A DNA stretch of 64,000 bases, from IMG/VR virus record IMGVR_UViG_3300024252_000005; one strand, given 5' to 3'. Shown here piece by piece: positions 48,943-58,514 of the stretch. Origin of the DNA: a virus (lineage: Duplodnaviria; Caudoviricetes). Position numbers and translations under genes: made by a program. Under the pieces are notes generated by a model. The model had not been told where the DNA came from and made no database searches. It was given only the letters and a program-made list of their open reading frames with translations. The number at the start of each line of letters is the position of its first letter. Within the stretch, counting starts at the first letter, position 1.

Positions 48943-50232
48943 ATGTCTAATAAAAAAGATAATAATAATAATAATCTCTATAGAAAAAAACAAATATCTG
49001 ATCTTAGATTAAAAGAATTTAGTCTTTCAAAAAATCTTGTTGATTTCCTGTGGTCAGAACCTTTTTATAGCAGAATTCTAAGATCATTAAACAAAATAGA
49101 GACAAAAGAAATTCCAACAGCTGGCGTATCAACTCAAGACGAAGAAATTACTTTATGGTGGAATAGAGAATTTTTAGCTGGATTAAACAACAAACAAATT
49201 AATGGTTTGTTAAAACATGAATGCCTACACTTAGTATTTGGTCACACTACAGAAAGAAGAAGATCACCACATTTAATCTGGAACTATGGCACAGATCTTG
49301 CAATAAACTCAACAATTCCTGAAGAAGAATTACCTGAGGGCGGTCTTATTCCTGGAAAGCATTTGAGTTTAGAAGAAGATCAGAAAAAACAGATGTCTCC
49401 AGATCAAATAGAAACTTATGAAAATATTTCTAAACTAATTGCATCTTTACCTAAAAATAAAACTGCAGAGTTTTATTTTGAAAAGCTTCTTCAAAATGAA
49501 GACATGAAAAAACTTTCTAAAGATGAAGAAATGATGGCTGGTATTGGGTTTGACTGTCATAATGGGTGGGATGAATTATCTGATGAAGAAAGAGAAAAGA
49601 TAGCTGCAAAAATAAAAGAGGTAATTAAAGATGCCGCAAGAGAAGCTGATGGTAGGGGTTGGGGATCTATTACTTCATCAACTAGATCAGAAATAATGAG
49701 ACTATTATCTAATGAAATAAAATGGGAAGCGCTTCTTAAAAGATTTTGCGGATTTACAAAAAGAGATGATAGAAGGTCTTCTATAAGAAAATTAAATAGA
49801 AAATATCCGGGAATTCATCCAGGCAGCAAAAAGCTATATAAGCCAGCTATAGCTGTATACATCGATGAAAGCGGGTCTGTATCAGACAAAGAGCTGAATG
49901 TATTTTACGGAGAATTAGACAGTTTATCTAACAGCACAGACTTCCATGTCTATAAATTTGATCATGGTGTTGATGATAAATCTAGTTTCTTGTGGAAAAA
50001 AAGAAAAAGACCAAAGCTTAACAGAACATTAACTGGTGGTACATGCTTTGAAAAAGTAACTGAGCATGCTTTGAAAAACAAGAAAAAGTTTGATGCTTAT
50101 ATGATTCTTACAGATGGAGGAGCTCCAAAGCCTTCAAGTTCTAGAGGTCTTAAGCGATGCTGGATATTAGCAAAAAACTGTAAATTAGTGTTTGATGCAG
50201 ACTCTTCTGACATTCAAATTCATATAAAATAA
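48943..50232 (+). CDS. Metallopeptidase-like (HExxH) plus vWA domain protein (DUF2201 type)
   Basis: LKHECLH...H, D.AIN, IDESGS MIDAS, GGT.F, ILTDG. Confidence 0.82.
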   Translation: MSNKKDNNNNNLYRKKQISDLRLKEFSLSKNLVDFLWSEPFYSRILRSLNKIETKEIPTAGVSTQDEEITLWWNREFLAGLNNKQINGLLKHECLHLVFGHTTERRRSPHLIWNYGTDLAINSTIPEEELPEGGLIPGKHLSLEEDQKKQMSPDQIETYENISKLIASLPKNKTAEFYFEKLLQNEDMKKLSKDEEMMAGIGFDCHNGWDELSDEEREKIAAKIKEVIKDAAREADGRGWGSITSSTRSEIMRLLSNEIKWEALLKRFCGFTKRDDRRSSIRKLNRKYPGIHPGSKKLYKPAIAVYIDESGSVSDKELNVFYGELDSLSNSTDFHVYKFDHGVDDKSSFLWKKRKRPKLNRTLTGGTCFEKVTEHALKNKKKFDAYMILTDGGAPKPSSSRGLKRCWILAKNCKLVFDADSSDIQIHIK

Positions 50233-50428
50233 ACTTATAAAAAAGGCTTAAAACTTGTATAATTTTAATGGTGAAACATTTAAAGTAAAAAAAACCGATG
50301 ATAAAACTTTTAAGTTATATCATCAAGCAAATAACAAATGGTCTTCTGGCTGGACATTTATTGGTAAATTTGAAAGTGAAGAAAAAGCTAAGAGATCAGC
50401 ACGTTTATACACAAACTAAGGAAACAAA

Positions 50429-50659
50429 ATGAAGAAAGTTTACAGATATAAGATTACTATTGACAAGAACGGACTAAATGATTATGAGTCTAACTTTGTA
50501 AAATATGTTTTTGAATCATCATCACCTAAAGATGCCTTAAGAAGAGTTGATGTTGTATATGATAGAAATGAAAAGATTGGTAAAAGAATTCCGTACAGAG
50601 CTAAACAATTTTTAGAAGCTTTAGCAATATCAGCTGAGGCCGATGTTTACAATCTTTAG
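50429..50659 (+). CDS. Hypothetical protein
   Basis: AAGGA SD; 76 aa. Confidence 0.6.
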   Translation: MKKVYRYKITIDKNGLNDYESNFVKYVFESSSPKDALRRVDVVYDRNEKIGKRIPYRAKQFLEALAISAEADVYNL

Positions 50660-50677
50660 GGATACAAAAAATAAAAC

Positions 50678-51982
50678 ATGATTGAAGAAGTAAACAACTT
50701 TTTAGACAAGATGAATTCTTCTAGCTCTTCTAACAACAAGGTTGAGGTTATAAGAAATTCATCTAGATTAATAAGGAAAATTCTTTATTATACTTATAAT
50801 AATTTTATGCAGTATAATGTTACATCTAATTTATTAGAAAAAAGAAAAGATCTTTGCAATAACAACACTAAATTTAATTCTATTTTTGATCTGCTTGATT
50901 CTTTAAATCAAAGATTAATTACAGGTCATAAAGCCATAGAAGAAACAAACGGGTTCATTTACAGAAACAAAGAGTATAAAGATGTATTATATCTAATACT
51001 CAAAAGAAATTTGAAAATAAGAGCTTCAGTTAAGTTAATCAACAAGGCTGTTCCAAGTCTTATTCCGACATTTAATGTTGCGCTAGCAAACAAGTATGAT
51101 GAAAAGACAAAGAAGAAAGTTGATTTAGAAAAAGATGTTTGGTATGTATCAAGAAAACTTGATGGTGTTCGCTGTCTTATTGTTGTCGATGAAAAAGGAA
51201 AAGCAAAGTCTTACTCTAGAGCAGGAAAACAATTTCATACGTTATCCTTGGTAGAGAAAGAAATAGAATCATTAGGTGTTAAAAACGTTGTTTTTGATGG
51301 TGAGATGTGTATTGTCAACAAAGATGGCAATGAAGATTTTCAAAGTATAATGAAAGAGATAGGCAGAAAAGATCACACAATCCAAAAGGGTTTATTTCAA
51401 TCATTTGATTACATTGTCTATGAAGACTTCTCGAAAGGTTACAGTACAAAAAAACTATTTTCTGAAAGATTTTTAGCTTTACAAGATTTATTGCAAGATG
51501 CTGTTATCAATAACTCAATTAAACATTTAAGCTTTTTGCAGCAGACACCTATATTTAGTTTCAAAGAATTAGATGATTTTGCATCAGAAGCTGCGTCAAA
51601 TGGCTGGGAAGGGTTAATGTTAAGGAAAAATGATCTTTACAAAGGAAAAAGATCTAATGACATTTTAAAAGTAAAGACTTTTTTTGATTATGAATACAAA
51701 GTTGAGTCATTGAACTTTGGGCCTTTTAGACATATAAAAGAAGGTAAAGAAGTAGAAGAAGAAATGCTTTCAGCTGTAACTATAAAACACAAAGGAAATA
51801 CAGTTAACGTTGGAAGTGGATTTACCATAGATCAACGCAAACGTTTTTACTCCAAACCTTCAGAAATTCACGGTAAAATAATTACAGTTCAGTACTTTGA
51901 AGAATCACAAAACCAAAGCGGTGATTATTCTTTAAGGTTTCCAGTTGTAAAGGCTATTCATGGTAATAAAAGAGAAACATGA
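50678..51982 (+). CDS. lig: ATP-dependent DNA ligase
   Basis: RKLDGVR, FDGE, FD, EGLMLR, LKVK, OB-fold VGSGF...LRFP. Confidence 0.93.
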   Translation: MIEEVNNFLDKMNSSSSSNNKVEVIRNSSRLIRKILYYTYNNFMQYNVTSNLLEKRKDLCNNNTKFNSIFDLLDSLNQRLITGHKAIEETNGFIYRNKEYKDVLYLILKRNLKIRASVKLINKAVPSLIPTFNVALANKYDEKTKKKVDLEKDVWYVSRKLDGVRCLIVVDEKGKAKSYSRAGKQFHTLSLVEKEIESLGVKNVVFDGEMCIVNKDGNEDFQSIMKEIGRKDHTIQKGLFQSFDYIVYEDFSKGYSTKKLFSERFLALQDLLQDAVINNSIKHLSFLQQTPIFSFKELDDFASEAASNGWEGLMLRKNDLYKGKRSNDILKVKTFFDYEYKVESLNFGPFRHIKEGKEVEEEMLSAVTIKHKGNTVNVGSGFTIDQRKRFYSKPSEIHGKIITVQYFEESQNQSGDYSLRFPVVKAIHGNKRET

Positions 51983-52151
51983 TCCACATATAAATTTTAA
52001 AAAAGGTAAAATTTATAAATTTAAAGATGACTATGTTTTAGTTGTTAAAAAGTCTAGAGATAGAGAAATAGACAGAGTAGCTGTTTACTCAGTTTTATTT
52101 TCAGATGGTACTATAGATACAGTACCTGTGACATTAATAAAACCTGTTTGA
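51960..52151 (+). CDS. Hypothetical protein
   Basis: 63-aa ORF ending just before a terminator. Confidence 0.5.
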   Translation: MVIKEKHDPHINFKKGKIYKFKDDYVLVVKKSRDREIDRVAVYSVLFSDGTIDTVPVTLIKPV

Positions 52152-52157
52152 TAGATT

Positions 52158-52182
52158 AAGCCAGCTTCTTGCTGGCTTTTTA
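52158..52182 (+). terminator. Intrinsic terminator
   Basis: AAGCCAGC-ttctt-GCTGGCTT followed by a T-run. Confidence 0.85.
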
Positions 52183-52312
52183 GTATTTACTTCCAGGCTT
52201 AGATTTGACGAAGCAGGTGGCTGTATACGCAAGTAAGGTTAAATTTTAAAACGTTATTTAAATCAATTAAAAGTTATATAATATTTATACATAAATAGAA
52301 AAAGGTAAATTT

Positions 52313-55300
52313 ATGAAATTGTTATCTCTAAAGTCAGTCTACAAAAACTTATTAAAAGAAGCAATAATAGATCAAGGGTCTTTCTTAGAAAAGTTAGTTG
52401 ACGTAATTACTAAGAAACTAACAGATGAAAGTAGTTTTGGTAACTTATTAAATAAAATAATTGTAACGACTAAAAAGTCTAGATTGCTAGAATTAAAAGC
52501 AGAGCAAGAAGAAATTGAAAATAAAGCAAAAGATGCTTCTCCTACACAAAAAGCTGATCTGAAAAAGAGAAAATCTTTAAATAAAAAAGCAAGAAAAAAA
52601 GCAGAAATATCAATACATAAAAGTTTGCAAGACATAAAAGGTCTTAACGGTGATCCTATCGATCTAAAGAAAATGAGGCCTTTGTATGACAGTATTATCC
52701 AGCATCTATCAGCGCCTAAAGATGTAGATATTGAGCACTGCTTGCTTGCAGCTGATTACTATATGCAAGATTTTTATGATAACGCAGATGATGATATAAA
52801 GCAAAAAATTAATAACGGTAAAATTGAGTTTGATGAAATTCTAAAGACAACAAAATTTTATGAAAGATACTTTGAATTTAAAAGTGAGATGGGTACTTTT
52901 AACAATGAAATCATTAGTGTTTATGAGGACCATAATATAAGAGTAGTATACCCGGTAAATCCACATTCTTTTAACAACTTTATTAATTCCACGGGCATAA
53001 GCGTTTCATGGTGTACACAATCTCCTTCAACATGGGAAAGCTATAACTCAAGACAGTTTGTCATGATAGTACACGACAAATCAGAAGTTGAAGGTATAAT
53101 AAGCCTAAAGGTCAACTTTGACGGAAGTATTGACTATGATGAAACTTGTAATGTATACAATGAGCATATGGATAGCTATTCTGTAGGAATGATTTTAAAT
53201 GGCGTTGCTCAAGAAGAAATTAGAGAAAAAGTAAATAGTGGCGAAATTTATAAAGCTGATCCTAACCCTCTTACTGCTGAAGACTTGACAGAATACCTAT
53301 CAGGACTTCTCGATACAAATAATGTAACAGAAATGTTCTCAATAATGATTGCTTCAATGCAAGGCTCAGAAGACGGCACAATGCTTGTTGACGCTTCTTC
53401 TGAGCTTTTCAAGTATGCTGCTGAAAACAATAAGGTTAATACGGCACTCGAAGTTTATGCAGATGTTTTTTCTAGTTTGATATTCGATGGCTTTGACATT
53501 AGCACTCGATTTGTTAAAATACCTTTGAGGAATAATAATCTCGAAGATCAATTTAACAATATTCTTTTTGAAAAAGCTTTAAATAAAAGAAGCCATATAA
53601 AATATTTTGTAGCCATTGCTGAGTCTTTTCAGCTGCCAATATTATCTAAAAGTGAACTTGATAATAAAATAAAAGAAATTACTTTTATAGCTGCAAATAA
53701 AAATAATCCTGCCAACTTCAAAAAAGTACTTGCTGCAATAAATAAAAATAGAGAAATACGCATTATTGTTACTAAGAAAAACTTTTTTCCTGAATTTTTT
53801 AAAACTAAAGGCTTTATACAATACTTTAAAGAAAAGAAAGCAAGCATACGCGTTTTTATAGATAAAAAAGATTATCATAGCATGGCTGATAAGTCTGGTA
53901 ACTTGTTATCAGAATTAATAACAAATAATATCGATTCCTTTAATGAAACTCTATACGCTCTTCAGGAGTCTGGAGAAACAGAAGTAACTTCTGAAGACAT
54001 GGACCTTTCTTTAATAGCAAGATTTATAATTCATAAGTCTGCTTTTCAAAACTTTGATATAGAAGATTATGAGTTAGATAGACTTAGCACTGTTACTTTT
54101 GAAATAAAAGAAGATCAACTTAATGACATTGCAAGTGTTTTATACACAGACTTAAGTTTAGTTAAGTTACTTTGCAAAAGTCATCCTGATTTAAACGATG
54201 TACTTTTGCAACATTTTTATTCTAAAGTAAATAAATGGCTTGATAAAAACAGAATAAACAAGTCAATATCTTTTAGTAACCAATCTTCTTATGATGTACT
54301 AGTTTATTTAATTAGTAACTCTAAAGAAAAAGTTGAAAGAATGCATACAAACAATGGAGATGATATGCCTTACTTAGCAATTGCAAATTTTGTTACTTCA
54401 ACTTTACTTTTAGTTAATAAATTTGGAAAAGGATATAATCTAGGTACTAGCTTGACAGAAGTTTTAAAGAAGATAATGATTAATCAATCTTTCTTTAGAG
54501 GTATTTTACACAAAAATTCAGATTTTAATAAATTAAATCAAAATTTAACGCATAATGTACTTAACATAGCTTCAGATATCGATTTTGATGACTCAGTTAA
54601 AGAACGCATTAAAAATGAAATAAAAAAGTTAGAAGCTTTAAAAAATTTAAATAGTAATGAAAATAGATTTTTATTTCTAAGAGATCTTGTAAAAATTACA
54701 AGTATTAAAGAATACATTATTTCTTCATTAAATTCAAGCAAACCACCTACACCAGCCCGACATAGACTAGACTACGATGATTTAGTTGATTTATATTCCA
54801 TGTTTTATGTTGTTGCTAACAATAATTTAAGCGAGGACGTGTTATTAAACATGTTTAAAAAGTATGCAAATCTTGTCTCGCTCGATGATAGCTCTCATAC
54901 TCCTGAATCATTAAATCTACTAGACAACGGTGGAAGTAATATTATTAGTAGAATAATATCTTCAACAATAACAATAGATAAAGAATTTACAAAATCAATA
55001 GGTAGCCTCATACATAAAAGGTTTTTTCATAATTCAATGCATTTTGTAAGCTTAATAATAGAAATCGTTACAAAGTGTAATGAAAAAAATATTGGTTTTC
55101 ATAAAGAACATTTAGCAAAAGTATTTTACAGTCAGCAATTTAAAAATTACGCAAGAAGTACTAGGCATAAATTTTTAACAAACTTTATCACAAAAGGATC
55201 TGATGGCGAGGATAACTTTTTAGACACAAGAGATAGAGTTATAGTTAAAAACTGTTTAAGAGACGGTATAAAAAAAGCACCTAAATCTTTAGCACGAGAC

Positions 55301-55447
55301 TATGATTTTATTATGGATTTATGCGCTAATTTAGACGAGTACTCAAAATTCCAGTTAAGAACTGCATTTCCAAACGAAGAAAGAATAAAAAGCAAAGATA
55401 CTAACGAGGTATTAATTAAAAAGTACATAAAACTATTTTTTAGTTAA
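52313..55447 (+). CDS. Large hypothetical protein with N- and C-terminal tags
   Basis: MKLLSLKSVYKNLLKEA...; internal VYP...SWCT motif; ends TNEVLIKKYIKLFFS. Confidence 0.8.
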   Translation: MKLLSLKSVYKNLLKEAIIDQGSFLEKLVDVITKKLTDESSFGNLLNKIIVTTKKSRLLELKAEQEEIENKAKDASPTQKADLKKRKSLNKKARKKAEISIHKSLQDIKGLNGDPIDLKKMRPLYDSIIQHLSAPKDVDIEHCLLAADYYMQDFYDNADDDIKQKINNGKIEFDEILKTTKFYERYFEFKSEMGTFNNEIISVYEDHNIRVVYPVNPHSFNNFINSTGISVSWCTQSPSTWESYNSRQFVMIVHDKSEVEGIISLKVNFDGSIDYDETCNVYNEHMDSYSVGMILNGVAQEEIREKVNSGEIYKADPNPLTAEDLTEYLSGLLDTNNVTEMFSIMIASMQGSEDGTMLVDASSELFKYAAENNKVNTALEVYADVFSSLIFDGFDISTRFVKIPLRNNNLEDQFNNILFEKALNKRSHIKYFVAIAESFQLPILSKSELDNKIKEITFIAANKNNPANFKKVLAAINKNREIRIIVTKKNFFPEFFKTKGFIQYFKEKKASIRVFIDKKDYHSMADKSGNLLSELITNNIDSFNETLYALQESGETEVTSEDMDLSLIARFIIHKSAFQNFDIEDYELDRLSTVTFEIKEDQLNDIASVLYTDLSLVKLLCKSHPDLNDVLLQHFYSKVNKWLDKNRINKSISFSNQSSYDVLVYLISNSKEKVERMHTNNGDDMPYLAIANFVTSTLLLVNKFGKGYNLGTSLTEVLKKIMINQSFFRGILHKNSDFNKLNQNLTHNVLNIASDIDFDDSVKERIKNEIKKLEALKNLNSNENRFLFLRDLVKITSIKEYIISSLNSSKPPTPARHRLDYDDLVDLYSMFYVVANNNLSEDVLLNMFKKYANLVSLDDSSHTPESLNLLDNGGSNIISRIISSTITIDKEFTKSIGSLIHKRFFHNSMHFVSLIIEIVTKCNEKNIGFHKEHLAKVFYSQQFKNYARSTRHKFLTNFITKGSDGEDNFLDTRDRVIVKNCLRDGIKKAPKSLARDYDFIMDLCANLDEYSKFQLRTAFPNEERIKSKDTNEVLIKKYIKLFFS

Positions 55448-55498
55448 TTTGCAAAAATAGTTATATAATAAAAACATGTAACTTAAGGAACATATTTA

Positions 55499-56326
55499 AT
55501 GAAAAAGTTTTTTTTAATCATAGCTATATTATTGATAAGTTGTGCATCTGATCTTGACACTTACCAGTTCTACAATCCTGACTTCAGAAACAAGTCATAT
55601 CTAGATGTTAAACACGTCGGTGCTTCATGCGATAATCATTGTGTATACTCGAGTTATGCGGTAACTCATAATATACAAAATAAACATTATGATTGCGTTG
55701 AAGGTCCTTGCGCTTGTGTAAAAGAAGGTGACGCTTATACTCTATGCAGTATAGATTCTGAACCTGAAAATTTGTTGTCTAAACAATCTACTTCACAACA
55801 AGTCAACATTCAACAAAATGTTGATATTCCATATTATAATCAATACGACAATAAAAACTATCCTTACTCAACATGTCAAAATACTTCTATAGCTATGGTG
55901 TTAAGTCATTTCCAGTTCAATATTTACCCAGACGATATTTTTATGCGTTGGGGCAAAGATATTGCACAGTCACCGTCTGGTTTGAACTATATTTATAGAC
56001 ATTATGCATCTACTAGCTTAATAAATACTTATACAAATGCTTCGCCTGAAGATTTGAGAGGCGCTTTATCACAAGGTTACATTGTAATTGTTCACGGTTA
56101 TTTTACATCTTACGGGCATGTTTTAGTTACAAGATATTTTGACGGCCAACATTATTACGTAAATGATCCTGCTGGTAAATGGAGTGGTTGCTTTAAATGC
56201 GGGTATACAACAGGTGACTACAACGGTGTAACTAAATATTCAAAACAAGCATTTGAAAATGCTGTATTCACATCAGACGGAAGTTCATATCTTCCTGGCT
56301 GGATTCACTTAATAAAAGGGCAATGA
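55499..56326 (+). CDS. Lipoprotein with C39-like cysteine peptidase domain
   Basis: Lipobox LISC; PYYNQ...TCQNTSIAM, GHVLV, YVNDP. Confidence 0.78.
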   Translation: MKKFFLIIAILLISCASDLDTYQFYNPDFRNKSYLDVKHVGASCDNHCVYSSYAVTHNIQNKHYDCVEGPCACVKEGDAYTLCSIDSEPENLLSKQSTSQQVNIQQNVDIPYYNQYDNKNYPYSTCQNTSIAMVLSHFQFNIYPDDIFMRWGKDIAQSPSGLNYIYRHYASTSLINTYTNASPEDLRGALSQGYIVIVHGYFTSYGHVLVTRYFDGQHYYVNDPAGKWSGCFKCGYTTGDYNGVTKYSKQAFENAVFTSDGSSYLPGWIHLIKGQ

Positions 56327-56327
56327 A

Positions 56328-57002
56328 ATGAAGTCATATTTTGGTCTCTGTTTAATTTTATTTATTTTCATGAACAATATATCATACGGGCAAAGTTATG
56401 AATGCGACAATAATTATGGTGACTGTGGCGCGCCCAATCAAAGCGGTGGAGGAGACGGCGGTGGAGGATCTGTGCTGATAGCAAATACAGATTTAGGCGA
56501 TACGTATCAAAATGCTGATGATTTTGACAACGATGGCGTTGAAGACCCAAGCGACAATTGCATGAGACTATCAAATCCAGATCAGTTTGATCGCGATGGA
56601 GATGGTATTGGTGACGCATGCGATAACTGTCTTCATGATTATAATATGCAACAAAAAGATTATGATGGAGATGGTATTGGTGATATTTGTGATGAAGACG
56701 ATGATGATGATGGCTTAGAAGATTTTGAAGATTCATGTCCAAAACAGTGGGGTATCTCTTGCGAGGAAATATTTATTGAATCTCGTCAAGAATATCAATC
56801 ATATAACTATACACAAAACACAAATGTAGAAGAAGCAGAAAAAATAATATTATTAAACAGGCCTGAAAGCTGTGATTCTTCTTCAAATACAAGCAATACA
56901 TTCTTATTTTTATTAACAATTCTTATTGTTTTGACAATAATTCTTTTATCTAAAAATAAAAAGCAAGAAACAGTAAGGTTTCTGACGAAACGAAACGTAT
57001 GA
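56328..57002 (+). CDS. Exported thrombospondin type-3 repeat Ca-binding protein with C-terminal membrane anchor
   Basis: Signal peptide; DxDxDGxxDxxDNC repeats (about 4); Cys-TM-basic tail. Confidence 0.8.
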   Translation: MKSYFGLCLILFIFMNNISYGQSYECDNNYGDCGAPNQSGGGDGGGGSVLIANTDLGDTYQNADDFDNDGVEDPSDNCMRLSNPDQFDRDGDGIGDACDNCLHDYNMQQKDYDGDGIGDICDEDDDDDGLEDFEDSCPKQWGISCEEIFIESRQEYQSYNYTQNTNVEEAEKIILLNRPESCDSSSNTSNTFLFLLTILIVLTIILLSKNKKQETVRFLTKRNV

Positions 57003-57307
57003 TTTGCAAGTCAAATAAGAATAGCTTAGCTATAATTAATAAAGGTATGTATAAAGATAATATATGTATTATACTAAAGAAGTGTGTGTATATAAATACA
57101 GAAAAATTAAAATATTATACAGTATACCAAAACAAAACTATCATGACTATTTCAAATAATTCGCTAACTTTATTGTAAATTAAATATTCAGAGTTATAAT
57201 TACGATAAGCAATATTAAGGTGAATAGAATGAAAATAGATAACACATCAAAAGAACCAATATTTTTAGCACTCATGTATTTAGTTATATTTTTTATACCT
57301 AGTTTTA

Positions 57308-57562
57308 TTGAGTTTTTATAAGAAAGGAATTAAAGTGAGCTTCATAGAAAAAGATTACCAACAATCTTTTATTGATCCAAAAACAAAAATTTTAAGTTTT
57401 CTAAACGAAATGAGAACTTTACTTGACAAGCACAAAGTAAAAATATACACTGCAAATTGTGAAGTATATATAGACGGGCTAGGATTTATTGGTAAGGTAG
57501 AGGATAACATAGAAACGTTAGATATAGTTGATGGCGAAGAAATATTGTATACTTCACAATAG
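57308..57562 (+). CDS. Hypothetical protein
   Basis: 84 aa; start uncertain. Confidence 0.5.
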   Translation: MSFYKKGIKVSFIEKDYQQSFIDPKTKILSFLNEMRTLLDKHKVKIYTANCEVYIDGLGFIGKVEDNIETLDIVDGEEILYTSQ

Positions 57563-57584
57563 CAAAAAAACGCTCATTTAAAGT

Positions 57585-57935
57585 TTATACTTGTTTTTTG
57601 CAACATTTCTTTATCGGCATTGTTATTGTTAATACACCGTTCATTAAACTGGCAAAAGATTGCTTGCTGTCAACTTCTTTAAAAAGCTTGAATTTATTGT
57701 TTATATCGAAATTAAAATCAGCATCAAACTTTTTTTTGTTCGACTTAACTTCTAATATCTTCCCTTCTATAAACAATTCAATGTCTTTTTCTTCATACGA
57801 TGGCGCAAGACATTTTAGCACTACATTGTTTTCTTCTTCGTAAACTTTAAAGTTTACGAAGTTTGTATTATTATTTATAAGATCGAGTTCTTTTCTCCCT
57901 AAATACTGTGTAAATAAATTATCGATATTTTGCAT
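57585..57935 (-). CDS. Small heat-shock protein (Hsp20)
   Basis: LAPSYEEKDIEL..EG..L...F.L...ASLMNGVLTITMP; AAGGAG SD. Confidence 0.82.
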   Translation of the reverse strand: MQNIDNLFTQYLGRKELDLINNNTNFVNFKVYEEENNVVLKCLAPSYEEKDIELFIEGKILEVKSNKKKFDADFNFDINNKFKLFKEVDSKQSFASLMNGVLTITMPIKKCCKKQV

Positions 57936-57995
57936 TTTATCTCCTTAATATCTTGTTATCTATAATTTAAACACAGAAATAAAAAATGCAACCCT

Positions 57996-58226
57996 TTAGA
58001 GTTTATTTTTTTTGTAATTTCTCACTAAATCTTTTATCGAAACAAGATCTATAGTGCCTCCCCAACTTTCTACTTGAATTTTCATTTCTTCGTAATTCAT
58101 CTTGTTAGTTTTAATAATTTCGCATATTTCTTCTTCATACTCATTGATATTATTGAATATAAAAACTTTGCTTTTGTTACCAATATCAAATACTTCATCT
58201 TCTTTAGTCACAGTAATTATTAACAT
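57996..58226 (-). CDS. Hypothetical protein
   Basis: AAGGAG SD; 76 aa. Confidence 0.65.
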   Translation of the reverse strand: MLIITVTKEDEVFDIGNKSKVFIFNNINEYEEEICEIIKTNKMNYEEMKIQVESWGGTIDLVSIKDLVRNYKKNKL

Positions 58227-58277
58227 AACATGCTCCTTTTTGTTATGTTAATAAGTAGGTCTTACGTTGGCTTTGAA

Positions 58278-58514
58278 TTACTCTATTATTTTTCTATTCT
58301 CAGCAAATTCTTTTCTAACAAGTAAGAGCTTTTTTTTATAAATAATCCAAGCGAACTTATTATTTTCTTCGAGTTTGCCTTCGTTTTTACAATGAAAAAC
58401 AAGGTAAATTCCGGAATTTAACCATACGTTTACAACACTTTTGTTGACTTTGAAATCAAAACCTATTAGATCTCTATTAGTCTTTAAATGAACTAAAAAA
58501 CTACTTTTTAACAT
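58278..58514 (-). CDS. Hypothetical protein
   Basis: 78-aa coupled ORF. Confidence 0.5.
   Translation of the reverse strand: MLKSSFLVHLKTNRDLIGFDFKVNKSVVNVWLNSGIYLVFHCKNEGKLEENNKFAWIIYKKKLLLVRKEFAENRKIIE

Noticed and set aside
57003-57307. Replication origin or ncRNA in the largest intergenic gap
   Set aside because: AT-rich with TATAAT boxes and a possible 30-aa ORF, but no iterons or stable hairpins were seen.
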